Shown here: positions 39,750 to 54,521 of the stretch, piece by piece
Position numbering within the stretch: position 1 is the stretch's first letter
Layout of the letters: the number at the start of each line of letters is the position of its first letter
Source of the DNA: Eledone cirrhosa
Taxonomy: Eukaryota
Direction: 5' to 3'
Length of the DNA: 64,000 bases
NCBI GenBank assembly: GCA_964016885.1
Contig: OZ024746.1
Location: 89,528,001-89,592,000, forward strand
Program-made: the position numbers and the translations under genes
The notes under the pieces: model-generated
Seen by the model: the letters and a program-made list of their open reading frames with translations, nothing else
What the model was told of the DNA's origin: nothing
Databases searched by the model: none

Positions 39750-40560
39750 ACGTCTCACACATGTTTCGTTCCTACCGTCTCTCCAATGGGGACTCTGGCT
39801 TCGAAGAGGTTATGATCCAATATCGTTACAACTTTTTCTCACATGGGATATCATGTTGACATATGCACTATTCCTAAATATTGACAACACAAAAAAACAA
39901 CCTTCTTTTCGCCTCACCTATCACGTCCTAACCTCTCTAATATACACCCCTTTCCAGCTACCCGTCCAAAACATTAGGATCATCCTCTTCTAGAAGCGGA
40001 ATCATGTTATGCATTCACTTCTGCTCATTACCTGGCGTTTCATTCTTCATATAATTTATTTGCCCTCAGCTGGATCCACTATCCAAGTTACATAAGGTTT
40101 TACGTGCACCGGGATTAGGTTTTCTATTCCATAACATATCAACTTTGTATTGCTGTTTATATTCTATAGGCGGGATACTACACTTTACCAAAACCAAGCC
40201 ATAACATAATCTACAATACTCTGTCGCAACCCCTTCAGAAATGTTGTCTCAAAGAGACATCCAAAGATATTTAAGTCGATCCGAACTCTGGAATTGTGCG
40301 ATATGTTTACCTACATTATTGTGTCAGCAAAGCTCTTGACTACTCTCCTGATCTTCCATCGTTCAGTATAACTATATTTTATTAACTAGAACTTACTAAC
40401 CCTAATATAATTCTTTATAATTACTCAGAGCTGTACTCTCACAGATCTTCCCATGGCCATCACGTTTTATTGTATATCAGGGATATCCTTGTTGAATGAG
40501 TCTTAAGTCTATTTAAAACAGTTAAATGTGCTGTTTTAGCTTCACCTGTAGAACAGACTC
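39750..40560 (-). mobile_element. highly decayed CR1/L2/Jockey-like reverse transcriptase fragment
   Basis: - strand VKSFAD followed by LKYLW.SL.DN, weakly resembling FADD and KYLG. Confidence 0.3.
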
Positions 40561-42302
40561 ACTGTAAAATTGAATACATTAAGGAAGTGGATTTGCCATT
40601 TTCATTAGATACCTCTATATATTATATATCTTTACTCTTGATTGCCGACTTTCGTCGGATATATTTAACTTGCAAACTTTCGTATAAAACATGTATGTTC
40701 AAACCCACATTTTATTTAGAAGCTTCTAGAATATGTGCAGTAGGTTTTAATACCAGGGTGAACATTTCAAGACTTTAACAAATCTCACATCTTTTATATA
40801 TATATTTTATTTCCTTATCTTCTGACAGAAAAAAAAAACACGAAATCTAACACGACAAAACATTCCAAATAAAATATCATGATGTTTCCAGGATATAAGC
40901 TATATCTGAATGATGCAACTCTGGCATTCCTAGACACTTTGGAAGTGTGCCATTCATGTTTTAAATTATTACCAATTTCTACGAGTTTTTAGAATTTCTA
41001 TTTACGTATTTAGTAAGTTGCTTCCGAACGCAGGTGCAGTGAAATATTTTGTAATATAGTTTTCCTAATTAATCTCGCAAGATATTAATTAAAATGTATA
41101 CTATAAAGTTCTATCCTGTTGCTGTTTGAACAAAGTAGATATTAAATTCGTTTTTGCATGCTATTAGAGCATATGTTAATTTTACATCGCTTACTTTCTT
41201 ATATGCTTTGACTTGATATGCTGCATTGCATATTAATTTTAATCGAGCTATTGTCTACAAGCTCGAAGCTGTATCTAGCTGTGTTTCAGCATTCATGACT
41301 TCATATTCTCCCCACGAGAGAAATATTCACGGCTATACTAGTTCTCAAACCAGATTGATCGCTGATAAAATATCTACCGTATTTACCTTCAGGCACAAAG
41401 TTCTGTAATGTATATTTGCATACAAGTCGCGCAAATATGCATATACATGTTACACGTTATTCGTAAAACCATAAATTTGTGACATATCTGTATTTTTCTG
41501 ACATTTCAAAAAATACTTTGAAACCTAGTCAGTACTTTCATCAGGTATGTACATGCATACACAAACACAGACATTCAGTCATACGGGGAATCACACACAC
41601 ACATATTTACATACATACATACACAAACAGAGATACACACTCACACGGTCAATCACAGACACACACACATACAGACAGGCAGACAGACACACACACACGC
41701 AAGCATACACACACACACACACATATATATATATACGATGATCAAAAGTGATAACGAAGGTTCGTTTCAAAAGGGTAAATATCACTGGAGAACAGACAAA
41801 ACAATAACGGTTGTGCAACTCCACAGAATTATCTCCGGAAAAGCATATCATGCTGACTATCCTCAGAGATAAAACCACATTTCACTTTGGCTTGATGAGA
41901 TAAAAACATCAACACGACACCGAGTTCTAAAATGGAGCAAAGCCTTTCAATAATTAGATAGAAAATGTATGTGTAGAATATAAAAACTGTCCTCCAGCTA
42001 AACGAATGGTTTGTTCCTGACATGGGTCCGTTGTAGTAATAGGCCTTAATAATTATATATATATAAATTTATTATTATTACTATATATATATATACACAT
42101 ATATTTTTATTGTTTGACCCAAATTACTTGGTCGTTTTGTTTTGGCTGTGCGGATGATATGTTTAACCATCATCTCAGTGTGTTTGGCCCTTAACGTATG
42201 TTGTAGCTCTGATTCATATGATTCATCGAGCGCTTGCCACACACATCGGACGTTGATTTTCGTTAATTCCTGAGCTGAAAACGATTCTCAGTAATTTATA
42301 TT

Positions 42303-42357
<55 letters not shown>

Positions 42358-42751
42358 ATAATAAAAAATTTGAAGACAAAATCCAAAGACGGCTCGATAA
42401 GGATAAATATATATCAAATATATAAGAACCGTTTTTCCGTTCATTGCCAGAGAACGTCTCTATGAACCACCTAATAGAATATTAGTCTACGACTTCTTTT
42501 ATACCATAAAGGGGGTTTTGTCTTTGCGTGTAATTGTTTTTCACCGCTCCAAATAATGACGTATTATATTCGTTTTTTCCCGTTCATTGCCAGGGAACGT
42601 TTCCACGAACCAAAGTATCATCTTCCTGTCTTCCTCCAGTTGCAGCGTTTTTTGAAATATTCACTTCTGCGTTCACAGATTGACTTTGTTAGTTTCAGAA
42701 GATCCCGTTAAGGGTGAAAGCAGCGATTCTTTGCTTAAACGTAATCTGTTA

Positions 42752-42800
<49 letters not shown>

Positions 42801-43417
42801 ATATATATATATATATATCATATAGAGTTGGGACGCAAGGGCTGAGCTCTGGCCGTTTCAACAACTAGTTCCAGCTGTCCGGTTCAGACTCATTATAATA
42901 TAACCGTACTAAATTACGCCAAATATCAAGTACTATGATGAGTACTGCTTTAACCAGTTCCAAACGGAAACAAGCCTGATTCTTCTATATATATATATGT
43001 ACGCACACGCACATAGAACAAACAACCAACTAGTAACATGTAAATAAACAAATAAATGAACAAATATAAACACACACAGACACCCGGATGTAACACATGC
43101 GCAAACAAAAATAAGATGGCGTAGGACAGGACAAAGGAGAGGTACACCAACAAAGAAAATAGTGAGCAGTCATTGAAGAGGTCACAGAATGTCTGAGGAA
43201 AGAACTTTGACAATATATAAACAAACATCTGGTTGTGGAACCAACCAACCAACAGGAAATTTATAAATTCCTAAATTTATAAATTTATTATAATAAATTG
43301 AAGTGAAAGCAACTGGTGCGTGTGTTTCTTATTGGCAATATGACCCTCCCAAAGTATAACAATATCGGTTTCAACACACGTTTTCAGATAAAGAATCTTG
43401 CTAAACAAATTCAGAAA

Positions 43418-43560
<143 letters not shown>

Positions 43561-43596
43561 GAAAAAATGTAATGAAAAAATGTAATAAAAAAAAGT

Positions 43597-44035
43597 AATG
43601 AAATCTTGTTCACGTGACAGCCAACTTTCATTTATAACCAATCAAATCACGTTTATTAAAAAAAAGCCTTCGTGAGCCACCTTTTTCTAAAGTAAAGAAA
43701 TTCAAACACACACACACACACACACGCACACACACACACAAGCACACAAATAAACACACATATCTTACTTTCTTTATTCAATAGAAAATCTGAATTCTGA
43801 CACCCCAGCGAACTAACCATATTCACTGAACCAGAACAATTCTCCCATCTCTTTCTCCTGACCATTATCTTTTTATCAAAACATTCTCTAAAAAGGCAAG
43901 AGAATGGATTTCCAAATAAGGGCACAAAAATTTAATGAAAATTTGTTCACGTGACAGCCATAATTTCATTTATAACCAACCAAAAAAAAGCCTTCGTGAG
44001 CATCCTTTTTTCAAGTAAAAAGAAATTCAAACACT
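43597..44035 (+). repeat. local ~110-bp direct duplication (43597-43710 and 43934-44035)
   Basis: aatgaaa..ttgttcacgtgacagcca..tttcatttataaccaa..gccttcgtgagc in both. Confidence 0.85.
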
Positions 44036-44213
44036 CATATATGAAAAAACAACCTGTGACAACCCTCCCCCCCCTTATTTAAAGAACTATTGTAACACGA
44101 ACTGGCGCGAAATTTATTATAATTATTGACAAACCAATCAAATTACTTCTCGAAAAACCTGGCATTTCGAGCCACTTTTTCCATATAAAACAAGTAACAT
44201 TCAGAGACCAACC

Positions 44214-44559
<346 letters not shown>

Positions 44560-44717
44560 CACACTATAAGGATAAGGAACCAGGATTCAGTGTTACATCA
44601 TAACATGTTTAATATCATATTAGATATGTTTGACTATCGATCAGCCCGAGGCAACGCCTATTTTAGATCGAACCTGACTCTGTAATTACAGAATCCATGT
44701 TCCTTAACCTTATAGTG

Positions 44718-44773
44718 CGAGAGCAGCATCGAGTGCAGCATCGAGTGCAGCATCGAGAGTAGCATCGAGTGCT
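44718..44773 (+). repeat. 12-bp minisatellite (cgagtgcagcat), about 4.5 copies
   Basis: Read directly. Confidence 0.9.
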
Positions 44774-44823
44774 CAACTGGAACAACACTTACGGATGCAT
44801 TTTTCATGGAAACATACAACTAT

Positions 44824-44895
<72 letters not shown>

Positions 44896-45245
44896 GTGTG
44901 TGTGTGTGTGGTGTGTGTGTGTGTGTTTGTGCGGGTGTTTGTGGGGGTGCTTTTGTGTGCATGTGTGTAAAGAGAAATGAGTAAACAAAAGACACAGTAC
45001 ATTGAAGAAATATATTATTTGAAGTAACAGGAAAAGTGAATTAACTTTTCGAACTCTGGTCCTTCATCAAAAGATAGAGTTAAAATTAAACGATACAATA
45101 AAAAAAATTAAATGGGAGAACAGGAAAGAAAAGGAAACATGCTTTGTTATTTCTTATTATTTACACACACTCACGCCCCCCAACACATATATACAGTGTA
45201 TATATATATATATAATATATATATACATATATATATATAAATATA

Positions 45246-45319
<74 letters not shown>

Positions 45320-45835
45320 CATATCTATGCATATATGTATTTATGTGTGTGCCTTTGTATGTGTGTAATAAATAACCAGAAATAACAAAGCCAAACCAGT
45401 GGGTATTGAATGTAATATATTAATTCATGGCTTGAAATAATAAGAAATGAATGAGGCAAAGATACAGAGTAAGAAGAGACAGAAAACTTGAGAAACAAAT
45501 CAAGCATGTATATTCAGTTACACACACACACACACACACACACACACGAATATATATATATATATTATAAAGGAAAATCATTCTTTCAGTAAAGATTTTG
45601 AAGAGATTTTTTTCAGCGAGATATGAAAACATTAATTTATTTCCAATACCGGTTTCAGCATTAAATGCATTGTCGATTGCGAATATGCAGAATATTGTTA
45701 TGTTGAATATTTATACAAATATCAACTTGTGTGTTACTTTTCTACTATCGATATATATATATATATATGTATAAATATATATGTATATATATGTATATAC
45801 ATATATATGTATATATATGTATATACATATGTATG

Positions 45836-45915
<80 letters not shown>

Positions 45916-46059
45916 TATATACATATACAAAATATAAAGATCCCACAACTTCTTGTGGAGTCGTATTGGCACCGCTATACGGCATTTTTAAGGCACTTTT
46001 AAATCTGGCGGAGCACAACCGTCTCCATGGCTACAGCCGACATTTTATATAGATGTAGA

Positions 46060-46215
46060 ACCGACCCCAGTACTGGACTTGCATTTTTTTACCAACCTTG
46101 AAAGGACGAATGGCAAATTAGGCTGCGGCGGGACTTGAACTCAGAGCCGCAAAGTGGTGGGACACATATCATAAAGCATTCTATCCGACTTCTTTAAAGG
46201 CTATGCTAATTCGCC
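46060..46215 (-). mobile_element. degenerate SINE of the same superfamily
   Basis: ccccagtactgg..gaaaggacgaatggcaaa..ggcgggacttgaactcag. Confidence 0.6.
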
Positions 46216-46228
46216 TTATACGCACACA

Positions 46229-46266
<38 letters not shown>

Positions 46267-46268
<2 letters not shown>

Positions 46269-46441
46269 GTGAAACTCCGTTATAACGAAATTCATGAGGC
46301 ATAAAAAAAATTCATTGTAATGAAAAATGCTTTATAACGAGGTCGACCAAACAATTAGGGCGTGAGGCCAGAGAGTCAAAAACATTTCATTAAATTGAAA
46401 AATTCGTTGTAATATTATTCGTCATAACGAAATGTTACCTG
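46267..46441. mobile_element. Tigger/pogo-like MITE
   Basis: Imperfect TIRs ccgtgaaactccgttataacgaa / ttcgtcataacgaaatgttacctg. Confidence 0.6.
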
Positions 46442-46573
46442 TTTATATATATATATATATATATTAAATTAACCGATATAAAAGACGCAGAAGCCAAAAC
46501 CAACCAAACAGTGAGTGTGTTCTGTTATTTATTCTGGCAATATTACTACACAAATATGACCCTCCCCAAGTAT

Positions 46574-46627
<54 letters not shown>

Positions 46628-46929
46628 AACGAGTTTCTGTTCCAAATTTAAGTAATGAAATATTTTAGTCGTAATATAATAGATGTTGTCATTGAAAATT
46701 ATTTAGTATGGTTGTCAATGTGTAAAGTGAACGGCGGCAATAACATATTTACATAACAAGTTGAGCTAAGAGCCTAAATATTGAAACGTGTTTGCAAACA
46801 CTATGTTCGAGGGTATATATTCTGGCCAAATATTGGCATATATAGCTCGCGATTCATTTTACACAAACAAATATCAGTGTATATTTCGTGATTAATAGTT
46901 ACCGAACATTTGCCATTCACTCCACCATT

Positions 46930-46935
46930 ATATAC

Positions 46936-47028
<93 letters not shown>

Positions 47029-47070
47029 ATGTTTATATATATGTATGTATATGTATATATATATGTATGC

Positions 47071-47156
<86 letters not shown>

Positions 47157-47436
47157 GTATATATATGTATGTATATATATATATACAAATGTATGTATAT
47201 ATATATATATACGTGTGTATATATATGTATGTGTATGTATATATATATATGTATGTATATGTATATATGTGTATGTATATGTATATATATATGTATATAT
47301 ATATATATGTAATATACATATATGTGTATATATATATGTATATATATATATGTATATACATATATGTATATACATATCTATATATATGTATGTATATACA
47401 TATCTATATGTATGTATATATATATATGTATATACA

Positions 47437-47475
<39 letters not shown>
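46930..47475. repeat. long interrupted (TA)n/(TATG)n tract, representative of dozens in the window (e.g. 50-310, 43420-43560, 53263-53543, 57320-57698, 63296-63570)
   Basis: Read directly. Confidence 0.95.
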
Positions 47476-47477
<2 letters not shown>

Positions 47478-48529
47478 TGCTGTTGCATCTACATAATCAA
47501 ACATTATCTGAATGGGCACTCAATACAAAACCGCTCATACGTTAGACATTACAATGGAATCTTTGATGTTGCCTCTGTAATCGGTCACATTAATATGCAA
47601 TTACACCCTGGTTACCGGCTGTTTCTCTGGATGTTTCTTGAAAGATGGGTTTCCATAATTACTAATTGCTAGGCGGGGATTGGAACTCTGCTTGGTTTAA
47701 TATAACTGTAAATTTTATACATTGCTTTGAAAATTGAAACAAACGCGTAAACGATCTGTTTTTCTCTTTGTACGTGCAATGGAATTATATGCCTGATGAC
47801 TAACTAGTCGCATGTCAAAAGACAATTAGTTCATCGTTATCCCGATAAAGAGCGTTATGTGTATCAAATTGCGACTGCATTTGTCGCTGGCGTATTATAT
47901 AAATAAATAAATAAATAAATAAATATGTACAGCAATGCGGCCATTAAATACTTTACGATGAATTTATTGCTGGTTAACTAGAGTTCTTAAACCTTGCAGT
48001 GAAATATTAATCCAATGTGGAAACGATACTATTACACGATTTGTAAACTGAAAAAAAGGAGATTCTCTTTTTATGTTTTAAGGCTAAGATATATAACACT
48101 AAATGTTTTGTGCCTACAGTGTTCATCTATTAGCTGGCATATTTGATTTGGCGATTATATGCGTTTCTAGATTGGAGATCAATATTACCCCTTTTCTGTA
48201 CTTTAGAATTTGACATATGCCGAAATATATTTGGCTAAATTATTATTAAAATTAACATTTGTTTTGCCGTATTTTCTTTAGTTAATTAACGATTTGCAGT
48301 TTGATATAAAGATTACGACAACAATATTGCTGCTGATATATTACATCCTACCAAAAGAGCCAGATAATATTCAATCGTGCTTTGGCAATTTAAATATTAA
48401 ATATAATGGATAAACACGGACACACATATTCAAGATATTGTGTGGTTCCCAGATAAAATAAATCAAATGAAACATTCACATTGCATTGGATTAGGTTATA
48501 ACACTGTATCCTGCATATAGTTATTAAAA

Positions 48530-48780
48530 TTTTCTTGGCAGCTCCAAGGAAGTAAATTCCATTGAATTAGTAGAGGACATGCTCTCCAATCTTAATAAGA
48601 TTGATTGTAACATGGTCAATTACCACCAAAGTCACTTCAATTGCTTTCCATGCACCTTTTGTAATTTAAGTGAAGAGCAAGTAGAACGTTCTTATCAGGA
48701 TATAAAATCAATGGAAAGGAGGTAGTAGAGAAGGTGAGATGCATACATGATGTCAAATTACAGACAGAACATGTCGGAGG
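48530..48780 (+). pseudogene. DNA transposase relic, probably Chapaev3-like
   Basis: NLSEEQVERSYQDIKSMERR**RR*DAYMMSNY resembles the motif SEEQGERFHQDI..ME.RYQGRW...M.DY. The family assignment is from memory. Confidence 0.6.
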
Positions 48781-49234
48781 AAAGTTTAGCTAAATCAAAT
48801 CCTAGAAAGTATTATATAAGACTGTTCTCCTCTGGGATGACTAATCATTTTATATGGTTTCCATTTGTTTCAGAATCACAATACGAATACAATACACACT
48901 GTTTATGCTAAGTTTCACTGGCGTAATAATATGTGTTTGGGTTAATAGCATAAACCATATTATTAGCACTAATATTATTGATAATTATACGTCAAATTAA
49001 CCTGAGCATTAATTGTTTAAATCTGATTTGGTATATTAGATAACATGGTTAGAGTTAGAGTTTCCTATATACCGGAATACAGATGTTGTAATCTTATTGG
49101 ACCAACATGGGGTCATAGAGGTCCCGTTTGGCAGATTCTGAATAGATACCCCAACATATACTACTCTGAACCAGCTCCACATATACAACCAATAGAATAT
49201 AACTGGAATTTGTTCATTTTTTATGTGTTACCTT

Positions 49235-49297
<63 letters not shown>

Positions 49298-49299
<2 letters not shown>

Positions 49300-49503
49300 A
49301 TGTGAGAAAAACCACAGACCCTCCATCTTAACTCACCTTTTGAAAAGCAGAAGAACTGTGAAACCGGTAAAGGAACCAAATAAATATATATATTTAAAAA
49401 AAAAATAAGACTCCAGTTGCATTTTCGATTTCATCTCTTTTTCTTTATACTTTCACTCGTGTAGGACACCTCGGTTATTTTTCATTTTGTAAAAAAACCT
49501 CAC

Positions 49504-49510
<7 letters not shown>
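49298..49510 (+). mobile_element. ~210-bp hammerhead-bearing dispersed repeat, copy 3
   Basis: Same sequence as copies 1 and 2, embedded between two (TA)n tracts. Confidence 0.8.
49336..49373 (+). ncRNA. hammerhead U3-A8 variant, copy
   Basis: Same motif as 44252 with stem II GCAG/CTGT (G.U at the base). Confidence 0.65.
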
Positions 49511-49576
<66 letters not shown>

Positions 49577-50589
49577 TTAAGAATAAAATGGTTGACAAAA
49601 AAACAAGTGTATTTATTTATAGTCTTACAATTGTTTCCATGGTAGAATTGTCTATAAATTGCTAAATACTGGAGAAGTATAATTCAACTTACAATACATT
49701 TAAATTCAAACATTTCATCAGAAATCATTAAGAAATATAAAATATATGCGTAACGGTAAACTTAAAAATTCAAAATACTACGTCAATACTATTGTTAATG
49801 ATAAATAAATAAAGGAAGGGAGACAGATGGAAATGAGAGAGAAAGAAAGAACGAAGGAACTAAGGTATCGTTGAAAGTATAACCGGCAACTTTACTAAAT
49901 CAACCGATCGTTTTTAAATACATATGATATTAATAATAATAAAGATATGTATAGAGAAGGAGAGAAGGGGGGGGGGGGGTATATGTCAAATGCGAAGAGG
50001 ATGGATAAGTAAGGAAGTTGAGAAAGAAATAGAGGAAGATTAAGAGGGATGAGGGAGTAGAGGGGATATAAATTAATCAAGAATATGGGGATATGAAGAA
50101 GAGAGAAGAGAAACTATAGAAGAGAAAATTAATATACGAAGAATAGAGAGAAGAAAATAAACACACGGACGAATATACCTTAATGTAAAATAGCTAGTTT
50201 GAGATGTATTATATTATAAGATAAAATGATCGAGATAGCATATGTTTAAGTGGAGAGATATAAAGATACGCGGTGAAAGATGTATATATATAAGATAATA
50301 AATGATGTAAATATAAATAAAAAATAAAAATTAAAATAATGATGTTAATACAAATGTTTTTAGGTCATTCATACATAATTGTGAAGTTTGCGGTAATTTG
50401 ATATCGTAATAAGTTCTAGAAGTGTAAAAAGGAATAAACGGGAGGAAACAATAGAAACACTGACGATGTTGCAGATGTGCAACGAAAGAACTTTGATAAA
50501 CAATATATATGTGTTTGTGTCTATATTGTATCTGTATTATTTTTGACCGTTGGTCAGTCAATGGAAACATTGAGGATCGAATAAATTCA

Positions 50590-50741
50590 ATTAACCGATA
50601 TAAAAGACACAGAAGCGAAAACCAACCAAACAGTGAATGTGTTCTGTTATTAATTCTGGCAATATTACACAAATATGACCCTCCACAAGTATAACAATAT
50701 TTGGTTCGACACACGATTTCATATCAAAAACCTCGCGAAAC
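50590..50741 (+). repeat. dispersed module also present at 43240-43420 and 46470-46580
   Basis: aaccaacc..tggcaatat..atgaccctcc.caagtataacaatat is shared and each copy ends at (TA)n. Confidence 0.7.
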
Positions 50742-51280
50742 TATATATATATATAGAGAGAGTGTGTGTGTGTCTTATTCATGGCTGTTTGCATCTGAGT
50801 GTATGTACATATGTATGTATATGTGCGGGGGCATAGAGATAGTGGGGCTGGTTATGCGAACGCGCGGTTAAACCACTGGGAGTGAAGGAACTCTAGACTT
50901 TATCAGGGCATTCTTCATTTAGCAGCTTCTATCCTGGTCGGCAGGGTAGAAGCTTCTAAATGTTCGCTCACCCTCATGTCTCGGATTTTCAGCCCCATGG
51001 ACTTTGTCTATTATATTCCTTTGTGATATTTCGAATACCTGATCATGTCACCGGATTCATTACTGAACCCGGTCATTAAAATGAGCATAGTATAATAAAC
51101 CTTTAAGGAGTTACACCAGCCCAGCCTCCTGTTATTTTATAATAATTAACTCCCTACTCGCACCAGCAACTACACAAACGATGACAGGTGAGTAGCATTA
51201 CGTCGAGTGCTCTCCCTAATATTACATCGAGGTTGACCATACGGAATGATCAGTTCTATCCATTGCTGAACCAACAAATC

Positions 51281-51343
<63 letters not shown>

Positions 51344-51429
51344 GTGGTAAACGATATTCAATGATTATGTCAAAGAATGAGTTTTACAGTAGATTGGAAG
51401 CACTCTACTGAATTTTCCGGAGTTATTAA

Positions 51430-51729
51430 TATTAAAATATAAATACTAATAAAATAGATGTTCTTTTGATCAATTACAATTTATTATACATATTTCGGAT
51501 GTACAACAGTACGTCCTCATCAGACAAAATATAATGATACATGACATACCCTGAGATGTTAAATGGTTAAGATTTAATCAAGGTAGTCATTAAATCTTAA
51601 CCATTTAACATCTCAGGGTATGTCATGTATCATTATATTTTGTCTGATGAGAACGTACTGTTGTACATCCGAAATATGTATAATAAAATGTTATTGATCA
51701 AAAGAACATCTATTTTATTAATATTTATA

Positions 51730-51737
<8 letters not shown>
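51430..51737. repeat. ~149-bp-arm inverted repeat with 10-nt spacer
   Basis: 51430-51578 is the reverse complement of 51589-51737 with a few mismatches; spacer caaggtagtc. Confidence 0.93.
51636..51690 (+). ncRNA. type I hammerhead motif in the right arm of an inverted repeat, fourth family; mirror copy on the - strand at about 51477-51531
   Basis: TATTTTGT-CTGATGA-G(A/G)ACGTAC-tgtt-GTACATCC-GAAA-TATGTAT-A-ATAAAATG; 8-bp stem I, AUA triplet. Confidence 0.68.
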
Positions 51738-51818
<81 letters not shown>

Positions 51819-52657
51819 TCGAGGGAGAGTGTGTGTGTGTGTGTATGTGCGTGTGTGTGTTATTCGTGTCTGTTTGTATCTGAGTGTGCGTTTGTTGAAT
51901 GTGTAGGAAATCTGCGTCAATATACCAGAGTGTGTAATAAATCTAATTCCACGATTTTCTGTTATAACATATAGAATCAGCAAGGGTGTATATTGGATAC
52001 TTCAGATAAGCAACATTAATTATACCAAAGAGTGAACTACAGACATTGACGTTAAAGACGCCTGCTTGGTAATATGTATTAAAATGAAATGCTGCTTTAT
52101 ATGACTAAATTTCCTCCATTGAATGATAAGCGGATGAGAATATCTCTGCTAAAATAATAATATGTCTCTCTGCAGATTTGTCTAAATCTATCGATGAATA
52201 TATTAATTTCAAATACCGCCATTAAAATGAAAATTGACCTGTTCCAGTTCCAGACATAGCTTCATCAGTAGTATCGTTATAATCATACACATTTACCTTC
52301 ACTCAGTTTACTAATATCAGCAACACGTTTACCTTTCTCATATGCATCAGTTAGTCAACAATTCGAAATATATATTCAATTCAAGATACTCCAATTTTAT
52401 TTACTTGAGATAAAGGGAGATAACATTTTTAAAGAGTTTCGTGGTCGTATCAAGGAATATTTAAATATATACGTGTAATCGTACATGAATATACAAATAG
52501 ACGACGCCACATAAATATGGTGAAACGTATAGCTCTACATAGATATTGTTACAAATGCAATCGTATACATTTCATCATACTCAAACAATTAATGATATTT
52601 ACTTACAGAGAGGTATACGCAAATGTAGTCATATATGCATAAACACGTGTACGTAGA

Positions 52658-52744
<87 letters not shown>

Positions 52745-52753
52745 GTGTGTGTG

Positions 52754-52785
<32 letters not shown>

Positions 52786-52888
52786 GCGTGTGTGTGTGTA
52801 TATATATATATAAGTGTGCATATGCATATATATATATATATGTATGTATATGTACATATATGTATGTATATATATATATATATGTATG

Positions 52889-53262
52889 TTGGATACCATC
52901 AGGCTAGCAGGTGTTATATCAGAGTTTTCCTTCTCCTAGAATTCTGCCTTGACTTGTTCTTCTTTTTGGTAAATATCATCTTGGTTAAGAGAGTGGGACT
53001 GGCTTTGTGCAGTGCCTTTGCTCACTATAAAAGCTTCACGGCACAGGCATTGCTTTATATCTGGAGATCTCTGCACTTATCGTCACATGGTAGCATGGGC
53101 CCAGCACTATGTGTCAATAATTGTCACAGGTGTAGTGTTTGTACCAGAATTTTCAAGTCGCTGGCTGGACTAAAAAGTCACACTCGTTCAGCGCATCGGT
53201 AGGGGTTCTCCTACATGGATATAAAGTAATGGCCGTACTCGAAAACGAGTTGGCAGCCACCA
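52889..53262 (+). mobile_element. same bipartite element, 5'-truncated with an inverted segment (52889-52953 on -)
   Basis: Junction microhomology ttgac at 52949-52953. Confidence 0.85.
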
Positions 53263-53318
53263 TGTATGTGTGTTTGTATTTATGTATGTGTGTATATATG
53301 TATATATATATATGTATG

Positions 53319-53412
<94 letters not shown>

Positions 53413-53423
53413 TATATACATAC

Positions 53424-53537
<114 letters not shown>

Positions 53538-53542
53538 TATAT

Positions 53543-54296
53543 ATGGGACAGGTTGTACTGGGATACATGTTACCAGTAGCACCAACTGGTGACCTGACAT
53601 ATGTCTGTGCCATACAGACTCCTTTTCTGATAATGTTTCTTATCTCATATATGTTGATACTGAAGAACATCAACTGAATTCCCATTGATTACATCTATGT
53701 ACATTGTTCATCGAACTTAAGCTAAGCACAATCGGTCGAGTCGTTGGCGACTAAACTGGCAACCCCACCAAGGTTTATTGGTGAGGAAGGTGACTTTGGA
53801 CATCCTGCAGGACTAAAAACAAAAACCTGTCAAAGGGCAAAGGGGCTCTTAAGAGTCAATGGCCATCCAAAATCACCGGGAGAGATGACCCCTTAGCCTT
53901 TGTCAAGGCAGAGTTCTAGGAGAAGGGAAGCTCTGATATAACACCTGCAACCCTGATGGTATCCAATGATGTTGACTTGTTCTTCTTTTTGTTAAATATC
54001 ATCTTGGTTAAGAGAGTGGGACTGGCTTTGTGCGGTGCCTTTGCTCACTATAAAAGCTTCACAGCACAGGCATTGCTTTATATCTGGAGATCTCTCTGCA
54101 CTTGTCGTCACATGGTACCATGGTACCATGGGCCCAGCACTATGTGTCAATAGTTGTCACAAGTGTAGTGTTTGTACCAGAGTTTTCAAGTCGCTGGCTG
54201 GACTAAAAGGTTACACTCGTTCAGCGCATCGGTAGGGGTTCTCCTACATGGATATAAAGTAGTGTCCGTACTCGAAAACGAGTTGGCAGGCACCAT
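53543..54296 (+). mobile_element. same bipartite element, with inverted 5' tip and ~130 bp of unrelated local DNA inside
   Basis: 53543-53600 is the reverse complement of the element 5' tip; 53733-54296 is the remainder; 53604-53731 matches 54885-54993. Confidence 0.85.
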
Positions 54297-54490
54297 GTAT
54301 ATATATATACATGTATCTATATATGTATATATGAAGATATGTAATTTGAAATCATTTATATATGTATATATTTATTTTACATACAGTAGTTATACGAGCC
54401 ATACACTCACACACACATACATACACACAGATACACACACACACACACACATACACACACACACATACACACACACACATATATATATGC

Positions 54491-54521
<31 letters not shown>

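Noticed and set aside
41495-41548. CTGATGA...GAAA on the - strand
   Set aside because: Stem I and stem III cannot be formed.
42843-42893. Hammerhead on the - strand (9-bp stem II, GAAAC)
   Set aside because: Core reads CTGAACCG and U16.1 is missing; at most a dead relic.
45040-45075. Hammerhead-like TTGATGAAGGACCAGAGTTCGAAAAGTTA on the - strand
   Set aside because: No stem I pairing and an uncompensated C3U.
46801-47672. Long [12 protein letters not shown] ORFs here and throughout the ORF track
   Set aside because: Translations of (TA)n/(CA)n microsatellites.
50917-50963. pre-miRNA-like hairpin
   Set aside because: Only a ~21-bp stem inside a repeat-like insert; no recognisable mature miRNA.
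54035-54235. C2H2 zinc-finger gene
   Set aside because: A single finger that is the 3' end of a repeated RTE-derived element, present four times.
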